Assembly: GCA_029866025.1 (NCBI GenBank)
Contig: JARXAD010000001.1
Location: 143,361 to 207,360, forward strand
Direction of reading: 5' to 3'
Length of the DNA stretch: 64,000 nucleotides
Source: Vampirovibrionales bacterium
Lineage (GTDB): Bacteria; Cyanobacteriota; Vampirovibrionia; Vampirovibrionales; Vampirovibrionaceae
A model generated the notes under the pieces. That model saw nothing but the letters and a program-made list of their open reading frames with translations, was not told the DNA's origin and ran no database searches. This document shows positions 10,822 to 21,500 of the stretch, one piece after another; position 1 is the first letter of the stretch, and each line of letters begins with the position of its first letter. The translations under genes were made by a program, and so were the position numbers.

Positions 10822-11112
10822 ATGCCTGAGTATCGTTACCGCTGTTCCCAAACCAGCTGCCCCAGCAACACTCAAAGCCTTCTCCATACCCACGGCATGG
10901 ACGAGACCCCTCTGCTCACCTGCCTTGTGTGCGGCCATTGGCTGGTAAAGCAGCCACAGGCAGCCACTTTACTAAAATCCACAGCAACAGATGCAGCTAC
11001 AAAGTTAGACGAAGCCGCTGCCCCAAAGCCTCCCCACGTGTGTAGCGGTCCTTCCTGCGCCTTTCATCATGTGGATGACTGGTTTGCAACAACGGTTCAC
11101 CCGACTCAATAG
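10822..11112 (+). CDS. FmdB-family zinc-ribbon protein
   Basis: MPEYRYRCSQTSC…TCLVCG and a C-terminal CSGPSC; ATG at 10822. Confidence 0.75.
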   Translation: MPEYRYRCSQTSCPSNTQSLLHTHGMDETPLLTCLVCGHWLVKQPQAATLLKSTATDAATKLDEAAAPKPPHVCSGPSCAFHHVDDWFATTVHPTQ

Positions 11113-11225
11113 ACCTTCTTTGGAGGGGGCAATCGACACTCTTGAGGGGGTTTTAATCCCATACGTTTGCACTAGATTCCCCGTCACGTCCCTAAGCCCC
11201 TGTCATTTAGCACTTCTTTCTTACG

Positions 11226-12998
11226 TTGCCACCTATTTTGGACCGATTACTACCATCTGCTGCCAGCTTTTCATCTCTGGCCTCCTCTTTGTTGGCCGCT
11301 AAGCCACCCAATCCGTCACCGCCTAGCCGTGGTGATGTGGCCGCCGCTATCACGTCTAAAAGAGCCACTTTTTCCAGCGCTGCGCCTCTTCAGGCTTCGT
11401 GGGTCAATAAAGGAATTTTTAACCACGCCTTTAGCTGGCTAGACAAACAACCCCGCAGCATGGAGCTATTGGTGGAAGACGTGGTGGGCTTTGGCTTGTT
11501 ACGCTTTGTGTTGGATGGCTTACGCGGCTGGTGGTACGGTACGGGAGAGTTTAACTGGCCTGCCGCCCGAGAACGTGGCCTGCGGGAGGGGCTATCCATT
11601 TTAACGGATATTTTTATACCCGGCTGGGCTGGGCTGGGCATTGGGGCGGTGGCTGGCTGGGGAGCAGGCACCTTGGCCGCCCAATCGGCCAAAGCACTGA
11701 CTAAAAATGTGGTGCCTACCAGTAGTATGCGAGTGTTGCAACACGTTACTCAACACGCCACCAGCCTAGAAGACGCCACTGAGCGCTTTGCCCAAACCCT
11801 TAGCGATTACTGGAAACCCCACGCGAGCGCTACAGGTATTACAGCCCATAACGCTACAGGTGCCATTAAAGACGCTTTAATGGCCTTAAATTCTAAGGTA
11901 TTGCAGGGCTTGCAGGGAAAAGAACGCGACGAGTATTTGGTAGAAATGAGGGCGACTCTGGCGAAAAAACTAGGCCTAACCCAGCTGGATGGCGTGTTAG
12001 ACCTGCCCCACCTGCGGGAAGAAACACTGCGCCTAACGGCCAGTGGCGAAGAAGGGCTATTAGAACACTTTACAACCTGGACAAAATCTGTTGCGGCCAA
12101 AGCAAAAACCGGCCTTTGGAGCCCAGCTTTAAAGGCGGATATCCATGCCGGATTTAAGCAAGGCCTGCGTATTCGGGGTTGGCAAGTGGGTGGCCTTCTG
12201 GTGGGGCTCATTTCCACCATGCTGTCTCCGTTGCTCATTAACGCCATTACCCGAAAGCTGGACCATCGCAATGACTACCCTGCCTTGCAAGGCCTTACCC
12301 GCCCCCCAGCGTCTGCGGCAAAAAACGACCCACTAACAGGCTTAAAGGGCTGGTTTAATCAACAATTTCCCTATGTTAGTCAGTCGCTGGGCAAGGGTAA
12401 TCCGCTGCCACTCATTGGGGCCCTTATTCCTATGGTGGTGGCCCTAACGCTAGATACCGTTAATGTGCGCTTTGCGAGACCCACAGGCAAACGCCTGCTA
12501 AGCTTGCTGGATTTTGGAAAAATGGCGCCTCACACCATGCAGCAGCAAATTGCCACCCTATTTGGCTTTTTAATTACGGCACGGCTGCTATCTACCCGAG
12601 AAAAAACCGAATACCGCGAGCGGGCGGTGGATTCTGGCTTGGGATGGGTGATGTGGATTCTAGGAACGCCTTTCTTCACGCGCATGATGGCAAAAAAATC
12701 TCAAAACGCTGATTTGCTGATGAAGACGGTGGGGCCGTGGAGCCGGTCACGCTTAAGAAGCCTAGCGGATTTAAAGCTTTTAAAAGGTCAATTACCCGAA
12801 GCTACCCTCAATGCCTTACTGGCTGAACGGAACGCTATAGGGCGAAAGGCTTTGCTTCTTAATATTGGTTTGCTGGGTATTGCAGAGCCCATTGTAAGTA
12901 CCCTATGGAGCCGTAGCACAGTGGAAGCCGAGGCTAAAAAAGCTTGGGCTCCTGTTATTAAGCGGTTGGTACAGTACCCCAATGAACACTTGTATTAA
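11226..12998 (+). CDS. Hypothetical polytopic membrane protein (lineage-specific)
   Basis: 590-aa ORF with several hydrophobic Gly-rich helices and a Ser/Pro-rich N-terminus; no recognisable family; start codon uncertain. Confidence 0.7.
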   Translation: MPPILDRLLPSAASFSSLASSLLAAKPPNPSPPSRGDVAAAITSKRATFSSAAPLQASWVNKGIFNHAFSWLDKQPRSMELLVEDVVGFGLLRFVLDGLRGWWYGTGEFNWPAARERGLREGLSILTDIFIPGWAGLGIGAVAGWGAGTLAAQSAKALTKNVVPTSSMRVLQHVTQHATSLEDATERFAQTLSDYWKPHASATGITAHNATGAIKDALMALNSKVLQGLQGKERDEYLVEMRATLAKKLGLTQLDGVLDLPHLREETLRLTASGEEGLLEHFTTWTKSVAAKAKTGLWSPALKADIHAGFKQGLRIRGWQVGGLLVGLISTMLSPLLINAITRKLDHRNDYPALQGLTRPPASAAKNDPLTGLKGWFNQQFPYVSQSLGKGNPLPLIGALIPMVVALTLDTVNVRFARPTGKRLLSLLDFGKMAPHTMQQQIATLFGFLITARLLSTREKTEYRERAVDSGLGWVMWILGTPFFTRMMAKKSQNADLLMKTVGPWSRSRLRSLADLKLLKGQLPEATLNALLAERNAIGRKALLLNIGLLGIAEPIVSTLWSRSTVEAEAKKAWAPVIKRLVQYPNEHLY

Positions 12999-13166
12999 TG
13001 CAGCATTATTGCTACTTATGTAGAAGTAAATCTTTGTTCTCCCCTCACCCCCTCCATTTAAACAATACGTTTTAAGGCTATTACTGAGTCCCAGTAATCT
13101 TACTCCTTGGCTGTATTCGATTTGTGAAGGCTTCTGTCTCACTCGTTTACCCCAAGGAATGTTTGC

Positions 13167-14079
13167 ATGAAATTACTATCTCCTCTTAGAAATGCACTTT
13201 TGCTATCGGCGACTTTATTGGCTAATTGCCAATCGGATTTAAAGTCGATGCATTCGCCACCAACCGCGGCAACCACTCAAACAAAACCCAAGGGAGATAG
13301 TTTTGATCCGACAGTCATTTTAGTCATGGATAAGTTTAAAACCAACACGGTCGACATCACGGGCGATAAGATTCCGGATGTCCCTCATGGGTTACTGGTT
13401 CAAGCCAGTTTGGATGATAATTGCTTAAAGCGTGGTAAAGACCCCGCTACATTTGAGATGATTCACGTAGAAAATGATCTCAATCAAGATGGTCAAATGG
13501 ACCGTAGTGAATTATTAAAAGCAGTTTTAGAATTGGAAAAATTGGTAAAGACCAAAAAAATAGCGGCGATTAATATTAGTATGAGCCTGGATATCCCTCT
13601 CGATTTTTTTAGAGGATGAAGGGATTACCAATTTAAAAACATTAACAATATTCTTCAAAAAACAAATCAAATCCCAATCGAATGCCCTCCCACAAGAAAC
13701 ACACACGGCCAAGTCAAGCCGACTAGCCGAACTAACCGGCCTTCACCAAGAGCTTGAAGCCCTTACTCGATTGGCGGCCATTGCTAAAACCACTCCTATT
13801 TATGCAGCCGGCAGTAAAGAGAAGCATTTAGTCTCATTAATTACCGTATTGGAGGGCGTTCACGGGGTGAGTAATCCCACAGGTCAGAAGCGTTTTATAG
13901 AGCACCTCGCCACCGCAGAAGAGTGCACGGTAAGAGTCGATATTGCCAATAGTACAGCCTCCATTTCTGGAAGGCCATTCGCTACTCTGGCCGCTCCCAT
14001 TAGTTCCCCTCGAACCTTTACCAATGTGGGTTCTTCTTTTGGGGCGCCCTTTTACCTAATAAAAGCCTTGTCACACTAA
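13167..14079 (+). pseudogene. Subtilase (S8-like) lipoprotein split by a +1 frameshift at a T7 run
   Basis: ORF1 has lipobox LANC, VMD, HGLLV and INISMS; ORF2 has YAAGS and GSSFGAP. Removing one T from 13604-13610 joins them into a 303-aa ORF. Confidence 0.7.
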
Positions 14080-14190
14080 GATTTTTTTTCTATATCTTAC
14101 CAATGTGTACTTGGGAGCTTTTTTCCTTCGCTCACGTCCGACAGCAATAAGATACAGTGTTGAAAATCATTGTAAACAAGGTTTGTAATT

Positions 14191-14748
14191 GTGCCTCCAC
14201 TTTCATCAAAATTTATAGGCAAAGGTCAACGTCAGCTTTGGGTCCTTAAGCTGGTTTTGTTCACCCTCGTCTGTATGGTCGTGTTGAGTGTTGGGCTGGC
14301 CAACACGATGGCTTTTGCGAAGGTGTCCAAGGGACTTTCCAAGGTTGGAGCACTGATTGGTGGCCACCCCTTTGTGTTAGAAGTAGCCAACACTCCAGAG
14401 ACCTTACAAAAAGGCCTGATGGGGCGAAGTAGCCTGGAACCCAACGCTGGTATGCTCTTTCAATTTTTCGATGCGCCTCAGTTCCGTTACTTTTGGATGA
14501 AAGGCTGCCTCATTCCGCTGGACATTTTGTTTGTTAACGACCGACGCATTGTCCATATTGAGCACTTGGCTCAGCCCTGCCTCCCTGAAGTGAGTCGGTT
14601 GAATGCCTGCCCTGTGATTACGACCCGTCATACAGTGGACACCGTGATTGAGATTGCCGGTGGCCGTGCGCGGAAAATTGGCCTACAATCAGGAGATGTC
14701 CTTCAGTGGCTCGCCCCATCGGGCCAGCTGCCGTCTTCTTCTCGGTAA
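14191..14748 (+). CDS. DUF192-family protein
   Basis: LEVANTPETLQKGLMGR, GMLFQF, FWMKGCLIPLDILF and VIEIAGG. Confidence 0.9.
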   Translation: MPPLSSKFIGKGQRQLWVLKLVLFTLVCMVVLSVGLANTMAFAKVSKGLSKVGALIGGHPFVLEVANTPETLQKGLMGRSSLEPNAGMLFQFFDAPQFRYFWMKGCLIPLDILFVNDRRIVHIEHLAQPCLPEVSRLNACPVITTRHTVDTVIEIAGGRARKIGLQSGDVLQWLAPSGQLPSSSR

Positions 14749-14763
14749 TTGGTTTTTTCTGCA

Positions 14764-17700
14764 ATGCCATCCACGTCATCACCCAATTCTTCTCCCGAAC
14801 CCTTAGTGCCAAAAACGACTACGCCTGTAATTATTGAGACCGCCGAAATCAATGGAAACACAGGGAAAACCGTCTCGCAGTGGTTGTTGCAGCGCTTTAA
14901 ACAAAACCCAGTATTGGAACAACTGACGGAGCGCTGTCAAAACCTCAAATCTGCCGATGGCATGGAAGCCTACGTGGATAACGTGGGGAACCCCTCCCTA
15001 AAAGCTTTGTTGTTAGCGGGATTGTTTAACACCTTGCACCGCCCATTAGTGGTGTGTTGCTCTGAACCGGCCCATGTTCACAAACTGGCTTCTGAGTTGG
15101 GGTTGTACCTTCCCGAAGACGCTATTTTGGCCTATCCCGTGGAAACCCACTCGCCTTACGACCAGACAGGCTTGCCCCTTCATGCCTTGCGCGATCATTA
15201 TGCGGTATTGGAGCGTTTAAGCGACGTTAACTCACTGCCCTATATTTTATTGCTGCCTCCCAAAGCGTTATTGCTTAAAACCCTCACCTATGCCGCCGCG
15301 TGCAAACAACAGCTCACGTTGACTGCCGGAAACGACTACGCCCCCGACGCCTTGGTGGCCGATCTGATGGCCATGGGCTATGTGCGCAACAGTTTGATTT
15401 TAGAGCCGGGTGAATTTAGCCTGCGAGGTGATATTCTCGACATCTACCCCGTTAATACAGACCCAGTACGCGTGGCCTTTTTTGGGGACACCGTGGAAAA
15501 CATGCGCCTCATTGACATTGAGCGCCAACGGTCGGTGGCCACTATTCAAACCGTCAATTTATTGCCCCGCCATGCGGCTACCGTCACGCCAGCTGCCAAA
15601 GCCCGTTTGTTAGACAAACTCACCGAAGGGCTTCAAACCCACTGCGAGCGCCTAGACGCGGTGGATGCAGATGCCTTGGCCGGCGGTGTGCAACAATTTA
15701 TGGCGGCTTTAGAGCTGCCCATTTTGCCCGATGGCATTGATTACGTCGCGCCCCTGCTGTCGGACAATCCAGAGGAAGACTTTCAACCCTTGCTGGAGGC
15801 TATTCCTACCCAAGCGGTTCTGTTTTTAGAAGATTGGGCCATGCTGTCCAACAATCTAACGGGCCTTAGCGACCGATTGGAGAGAGAATACCGCGATGGT
15901 ATGACCAAAGGCCGTGTACTGGACGTGAACATGGCGTGGCATATTACGGATACTACAGCCTTAAACCGATTAAAAGAGCGTATTCCCCGTCGTATTTTGC
16001 TGGACGCTTTTCCGTTAGGCAGCGATGGCCAGTTGGGCTTGGAGCAGCTTAAAGATTTGTTCCCCCTCAATTACCAAGGGGCTGCTCGTTTTAAGGCCAA
16101 CTTACCCGATGCGCTGGAAGTCTTTCGTCAGCACCGCCGCGACGGTATTCAGGTGTTGGTTACCTCTCAGCATCCCCAACGGGTGCTGGATGCTTGCAAA
16201 GATGCGGAAGTGCCCGCTTTGTATTGGGCCGATACCGCCGAGGCACCGCCCCCAGCCACAGGGTTGGAAATTATCATTAGCAAACAAGGCCCCCACGAAG
16301 GCTTTGTGCTGCCCGATTGTGAATTGGCCCACTATACCGACACCGAGCTGTTTGGCCACAGCCAAAAGCGCGCCCACGTGTCCTCAAAATCCAAGCGGCA
16401 CCGCGATGATATTGATGTCATTAACTCGGTGAACGACCTGAAGGCTGGCGATTTTGTGGTGCATATTAAGCACGGCATTGGCCAGTTTAAGCAACTCACC
16501 CAGCTCTCGGTAGAAGGTGAAACCCGAGAATACCTCACCGTCCAGTATTCCGGCACCGATCGCCTTCATGTGCCCGTGGATCAGGTCAATTTGCTCTCTC
16601 GTTACCGAGGCGCTGGGGAAGCACCGCCCAAGTTGAACAAAATGGGGGGCACCGACTGGAACCGCCTCAAATCTAAGGCCCAAAAGGCCATTGTAAGCAT
16701 TGCGCGCGAATTGATTGAGCTGTATGCCCGTCGTGCCAAGGCCAAGGGCCACCAGTTTGATCCGGATTCGCCGTGGCAGGTGGAAATGGAAGAGGCCTTT
16801 CCCTACAGCGAAACCCCCGACCAGTGGCAAGCCATTACGGATATGAAGGCCGATATGGAAGGCGATGGTCCCATGGATCGCCTGATTTGCGGCGATGTGG
16901 GCTTTGGTAAAACAGAAGTGGCGCTGCGCGGCATTTTTAAGGCGGTGTTGTCGGGCAAACAAGCGGCGGTGCTGGTGCCCACCACCATTTTGGCCCAGCA
17001 GCACTACAACACCTTGGTAGAACGCTTTAAGCCCTATCCGGTGCGTATTGGCTTGCTCTCACGGTTTCGTAGCCCCAAAGACCAAAAAGAAGTGGTGCGT
17101 AAACTGGGTTTGGGCGAAATTGACGTCATTGTGGGCACCCACCGTCTGTTGCAAAAAGACATTAAGTTTAAAGACTTGGGCCTGCTGGTTATTGATGAAG
17201 AGCAGCGTTTTGGCGTGACCCACAAAGAAAAAATCAAACAAGTGCGTGCTGAAATTGACGTACTAACCCTTTCGGCCACTCCCATCCCCAGAACCCTTTA
17301 TATGTCTCTCTCTGGTGTGCGTGAGATGAGCCTCATTAAGACGCCTCCCACCAACCGTCTCCCCATTCAAACTTTTGTGGGGCCTTACAACCCAGCCCAA
17401 GTTCGTATGGCTATTTTGCAAGAGCTGGATCGTGGCGGCCAAGTGTTTTTCCTCCACAACCGGGTGCAAACCATTTACCAAATGGCGGAGCATCTGGAGA
17501 CCCTCATCCCCGAGGCCAAAGTCAAGGTGGCCCACGGCCAAATGACGGGCGACGACTTAGAAAACGCTATGCTGAGCTTTGCTGAGCATGAGTACGATGT
17601 GCTATTGTGCACCACCATTATTGAAAGCGGCTTGGACATCCCAAACGTGAATACCATTGTGGTGGATCAGGCCAACAAGTTTGGCTTGGCCCAGTTGTAT

Positions 17701-18495
17701 CAAATTCGTGGGCGGGTAGGACGCTCGGATCGCCAAGCCTACTGCTACTGTTATTACGAGCCCGACCGTATGCTCACCACCGATGCCCAAGACAGGCTGC
17801 GGGCGCTTCGAGAATTCACCACCCTGGGCAGTGGCTACCAAATTGCCCTGCGCGATTTGGAAATTAGAGGCGTGGGCAACATTTTGGGCGGCGAACAACA
17901 CGGACACATGGTGGCCATTGGTTTCGATCTGTATTGTTCCATGCTGGAAGATACTATTAGCCAGCTAAAAGGCGAAACCACCGCTAAGCACGAGCCTGCC
18001 ATCATTGATTTGAACGTGACGGCCCTTATTCCACAAGACTGGGTGGGGGATTTGGACGTGAAGCTGAGCGAATACAAACGCCTAGCCGATGTCACCAGCG
18101 AAATGCAACTGGATCACATTCAGGGCGAATGGCGCGACCGCTTTGGCCCCGTGCCGAAAGAAACCCAACAACTGGTGCGCTTGGTGCAATTGCGCTTGCT
18201 GGCCACGGAAATGGGCATCCCCATTGTGCGCAGCGATGACGAGTACCTGCGCATTGGTGCCCCCTTTACCTTGCAAGAGTGGATGTACCTGCAAAAGCAC
18301 CTGCCCGATGAGATTGGCCGCAAGGCCCGTTGGATGCCTGGCGTAAAAAGCCAGCAAGGCAGCCACGCCCTATTGCTTGTTAAAACCCAGCGCATGGATG
18401 GCGACGACATGGTGGACTACTTGATGACCCTCTTCAAAGGCATTCAGGGCATTCGTAACCAGCTAGCCGCCAAAGCTGCCGCTGCCAGTAGCTAA
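14764..18495 (+). CDS. mfd: Transcription-repair coupling factor
   Basis: UvrB-like N-terminus, RID VVHIKHGIG, GDVGFGKT, IDEEQRFG, QIRGRVGR and TRG motif DLEIRGVGN. Confidence 0.98.
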   Translation: MPSTSSPNSSPEPLVPKTTTPVIIETAEINGNTGKTVSQWLLQRFKQNPVLEQLTERCQNLKSADGMEAYVDNVGNPSLKALLLAGLFNTLHRPLVVCCSEPAHVHKLASELGLYLPEDAILAYPVETHSPYDQTGLPLHALRDHYAVLERLSDVNSLPYILLLPPKALLLKTLTYAAACKQQLTLTAGNDYAPDALVADLMAMGYVRNSLILEPGEFSLRGDILDIYPVNTDPVRVAFFGDTVENMRLIDIERQRSVATIQTVNLLPRHAATVTPAAKARLLDKLTEGLQTHCERLDAVDADALAGGVQQFMAALELPILPDGIDYVAPLLSDNPEEDFQPLLEAIPTQAVLFLEDWAMLSNNLTGLSDRLEREYRDGMTKGRVLDVNMAWHITDTTALNRLKERIPRRILLDAFPLGSDGQLGLEQLKDLFPLNYQGAARFKANLPDALEVFRQHRRDGIQVLVTSQHPQRVLDACKDAEVPALYWADTAEAPPPATGLEIIISKQGPHEGFVLPDCELAHYTDTELFGHSQKRAHVSSKSKRHRDDIDVINSVNDLKAGDFVVHIKHGIGQFKQLTQLSVEGETREYLTVQYSGTDRLHVPVDQVNLLSRYRGAGEAPPKLNKMGGTDWNRLKSKAQKAIVSIARELIELYARRAKAKGHQFDPDSPWQVEMEEAFPYSETPDQWQAITDMKADMEGDGPMDRLICGDVGFGKTEVALRGIFKAVLSGKQAAVLVPTTILAQQHYNTLVERFKPYPVRIGLLSRFRSPKDQKEVVRKLGLGEIDVIVGTHRLLQKDIKFKDLGLLVIDEEQRFGVTHKEKIKQVRAEIDVLTLSATPIPRTLYMSLSGVREMSLIKTPPTNRLPIQTFVGPYNPAQVRMAILQELDRGGQVFFLHNRVQTIYQMAEHLETLIPEAKVKVAHGQMTGDDLENAMLSFAEHEYDVLLCTTIIESGLDIPNVNTIVVDQANKFGLAQLYQIRGRVGRSDRQAYCYCYYEPDRMLTTDAQDRLRALREFTTLGSGYQIALRDLEIRGVGNILGGEQHGHMVAIGFDLYCSMLEDTISQLKGETTAKHEPAIIDLNVTALIPQDWVGDLDVKLSEYKRLADVTSEMQLDHIQGEWRDRFGPVPKETQQLVRLVQLRLLATEMGIPIVRSDDEYLRIGAPFTLQEWMYLQKHLPDEIGRKARWMPGVKSQQGSHALLLVKTQRMDGDDMVDYLMTLFKGIQGIRNQLAAKAAAASS

Positions 18496-18503
18496 GATAA
18501 TCT

Positions 18504-21185
18504 CTAAACCATTGAAACCAATTGCCCCTCAAGGCTAGCCATTTGCTCCGTTAGCTCGGTCAAGCGACCACGGTTTTTGGCAATCACTGACTCGGGGGCG
18601 CGGGCCAAAAAGCCCTCGTTGCTCATCATGCCGTTTAGTTGGGCCTGCTCGGCTTGCAAGGTTTCCAGCTTTTTGCGCAAGCGCGCTGATTCTTGAGTCG
18701 TATCAATCAATCCAGCCAAGGGCACGCACCATTGGGTGGTACCCACCAAGTTCATGGCCACTTGGGCCGGTACATTCTCGGCAAAGGTAAGGCTCTCCAT
18801 GGCCACAAACTGGCGGATTAAATCCGCATAGCGCTCAAACACGGCTTTTTCGCCTGAATCGCTGGCATTCACCACCACCGCCACCGCTTGCTTGGGGGGC
18901 ACGTTGTACTGCTGGCGAATATTCCGCAATGCCCGAATGGCCTCAATAGCCAACCCTACTTCGGTTTCTAGCACAGAATTTAAAAGTGATTGATCCACCA
19001 AAGGCCATTGGGCAATGGAGATGGATTTCCCTTGTCGGTAAGGCAACTGTTGCCAAATGGCTTCTGTCATCAGTGGCATCATGGGGTGAAGCAAGCGCAA
19101 GAAGGTATCCAGCAAGAACAACAGAATACGTTGCGTATTGGCACGCTGATTTTCATTGCGCAGCGGGGCTTTCGCATATTCCACGTACCAATCACACACG
19201 TCATTCCACACAAATTGCTGAATGGTATCTGCTGCTTCCCCAAACTTATAATCCACCAACAGCTGTGTAGCCTCTTGAATGGTGTGATGAGCGCGACTCA
19301 ACACCCAGCCATCCATAGGCTGCAAAGCAGCCCTATCGATGGGGTCATTATCAACTGGAGAACCTTTATCCTCTTCAGGAAGAAGGTTCATCAGCACAAA
19401 ACGGGCAGCATTCCACAATTTGTTGGTAAACAAGCGCCCTTGTTCCATCACACCCTTGGCCAGCTTAATGTCTTGCCCGCCATAGGTGATGAGGCTCGTC
19501 AACGCATATCTAAACCCATCGCACCCGTATTGTTCAATGGCTTCCACAGGGTCTACCGTGTTGCCTTTGCTTTTACTCATCTTCTGGCCTTTTTCATCAC
19601 GAATTAGCCCGTGGATGTAAACGGTATGAAAGGGGCTTTTAGCCGTTAGGCCATGACCCATCATGGTCATACGGGCGACCCAGAAAAAGATGATGTCAAA
19701 ACCGGTAACCAACACGCTGGTGGGGTAAAAGGTTTTAAAATCCACGGCCTGTTCATTCGGCCAGCCCATCGTCGAGAACGGCCACAGACCTGAAGAAAAC
19801 CATGTATCCAGCACATCGGGGTCTTGCTCAATGGCCGAAGAATGGCATGTTGCACACGCGGTGGGGTCAGTATTGTTAGGGCCCTGAGGCACCGTCACCG
19901 CATGGCAATCAGCGCAATGCCACGCCGGAATGCGATGCCCCCACCACAATTGGCGAGAAATGCACCAATCTTGAATGGTGGTCATCCACCGCAGGTAATC
20001 TTTCGTCCAACGCTCAGGAATAAAGCGAATCTCGCCTGCTTCCAAGGCAGCCAAAGCCATGTCGGCCAAGGGTTTTGTTTTTACAAACCACTGCTTGGAT
20101 AGAATCGGTTCAATAATGGCACCACTGCGCTGGGCACGCCCCACGCGGTTGGTATGGGTTTCTTTTTTCACTAAAAAACCAGCGGCTTCCAGCAGTTGTT
20201 CGGTGATGGCCTTGGCCTCAAAACGGTCAATCCCGTGCAAGGCCATTGGAATGAAGTCAAAGGACTCAATTTGACCCAAGTCGTTAATAACACGCGGCGA
20301 CGACAAACGGTGGCGCTGGCCAATGGCAAAATCGTTGATGTCGTGGGCGGGTGTGACCTTGAGAACGCCCGTACCAAAGTCAGGCTCTACGTAGTCATCC
20401 CCAACAATGGGAATAAGCTTCTGGGTGAGGGGGTGACGGACGTGTTTTCCAATGAGTGCTTGGTAGCGAGCATCCTCAGGGTGGACAGCCAGTGCTACGT
20501 CTCCGCACAAGGTTTCGGGGCGAGTGGTGGCTACCGTTAAACGCTCAGTACTGCCCTCAACAGGGTAGGCAATGTGCCACAAAAAACTCTCTTCATCGGT
20601 GTATTCGGTTTCAATATCCGAAATAGCGGATTGACTGACAGGATCCCAATTGACGATGTACTCCCCCTGATAAATAAGGCCCTGAGAGTACAGCGTGGCA
20701 AAGGCTTGGCGAACGGCTTGAGAGCATCCGTCATCCAGCGTAAACCGCTGGCGAGACCAGTCGGGAGAAACACCCAAGCGTTTGAGTTGGCCCGTAATGT
20801 TGCCTTGGCACTGTTTGGCCCAGCTCCACGTGCGCTCTAAAAAGGCGTCGCGGCCTAGGGCGTGACGATCGGTTTTTTCGGCGGCCAATTGGCGCTCCAC
20901 AATGCTTTGGGTGGCAATGCCGGCGTGATCCGTGCCCGGCATCCACAGCACGGTAAAGCCCCGCATGCGGTGGAATCGCGCCAGAATGTCTTGAATGGTG
21001 TTATCCAGCGCGTGGCCCATGTGCAACACGCCGGTCACGTTGGGCGGCGGCATGACGATGCTGTAAGGCTGTCCATTGCCTGGCGCATGAGACGGTGATT
21101 GCTCGGGCTGAAAGAGCCCTTCGGCCTCCCAAAAGGCCATGGTGGAGGCTTCAACAGCAGAGGGGTCGTAAATTTTATCCAGCAT
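18504..21185 (-). CDS. valS: Valine--tRNA ligase
   Basis: PPNVTGVLHMGH, DWCISRQLWWGH, KMSKS and a C-terminal coiled-coil arm. Confidence 0.99.
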   Translation of the reverse strand: MLDKIYDPSAVEASTMAFWEAEGLFQPEQSPSHAPGNGQPYSIVMPPPNVTGVLHMGHALDNTIQDILARFHRMRGFTVLWMPGTDHAGIATQSIVERQLAAEKTDRHALGRDAFLERTWSWAKQCQGNITGQLKRLGVSPDWSRQRFTLDDGCSQAVRQAFATLYSQGLIYQGEYIVNWDPVSQSAISDIETEYTDEESFLWHIAYPVEGSTERLTVATTRPETLCGDVALAVHPEDARYQALIGKHVRHPLTQKLIPIVGDDYVEPDFGTGVLKVTPAHDINDFAIGQRHRLSSPRVINDLGQIESFDFIPMALHGIDRFEAKAITEQLLEAAGFLVKKETHTNRVGRAQRSGAIIEPILSKQWFVKTKPLADMALAALEAGEIRFIPERWTKDYLRWMTTIQDWCISRQLWWGHRIPAWHCADCHAVTVPQGPNNTDPTACATCHSSAIEQDPDVLDTWFSSGLWPFSTMGWPNEQAVDFKTFYPTSVLVTGFDIIFFWVARMTMMGHGLTAKSPFHTVYIHGLIRDEKGQKMSKSKGNTVDPVEAIEQYGCDGFRYALTSLITYGGQDIKLAKGVMEQGRLFTNKLWNAARFVLMNLLPEEDKGSPVDNDPIDRAALQPMDGWVLSRAHHTIQEATQLLVDYKFGEAADTIQQFVWNDVCDWYVEYAKAPLRNENQRANTQRILLFLLDTFLRLLHPMMPLMTEAIWQQLPYRQGKSISIAQWPLVDQSLLNSVLETEVGLAIEAIRALRNIRQQYNVPPKQAVAVVVNASDSGEKAVFERYADLIRQFVAMESLTFAENVPAQVAMNLVGTTQWCVPLAGLIDTTQESARLRKKLETLQAEQAQLNGMMSNEGFLARAPESVIAKNRGRLTELTEQMASLEGQLVSMV

Positions 21186-21500
21186 AAGCCTGTATTTCTC
21201 GCAGTGTAAAGAGAGCCATGTATGTTACACAGGGTAACAAAGGGGCTTTGTTAGCGCAAATAGCCGCCCACAAAGCTCTTGCCTCCATGCCAATGTTGCT
21301 GCGTGGCCTTGTTTGGCTTGCCATCCAAGGTGGTTGAGGGACAATAGTAGGCTCTAAAAGAGGGGACGGTGCTTCCCTGTAACGATTTCCTTCCTTTTGA
21401 GCGATTTGGATCAAACCGTCCTTTGGGCGCGTTTTTAATTCAGCAGATAGCTTTTTCTACCTTGATTTCCCCTTTGTTTGCGTTGTGAGTAACCCCGATT

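Noticed and set aside
13617-13619. TGA readthrough or selenocysteine in the subtilase
   Set aside because: The continuation is in the +1 frame, so readthrough would not join the halves.
21186-21500. T-box riboswitch upstream of valS
   Set aside because: No T-box consensus (GGTGGNACC) or terminator/antiterminator pair is visible on the minus strand.
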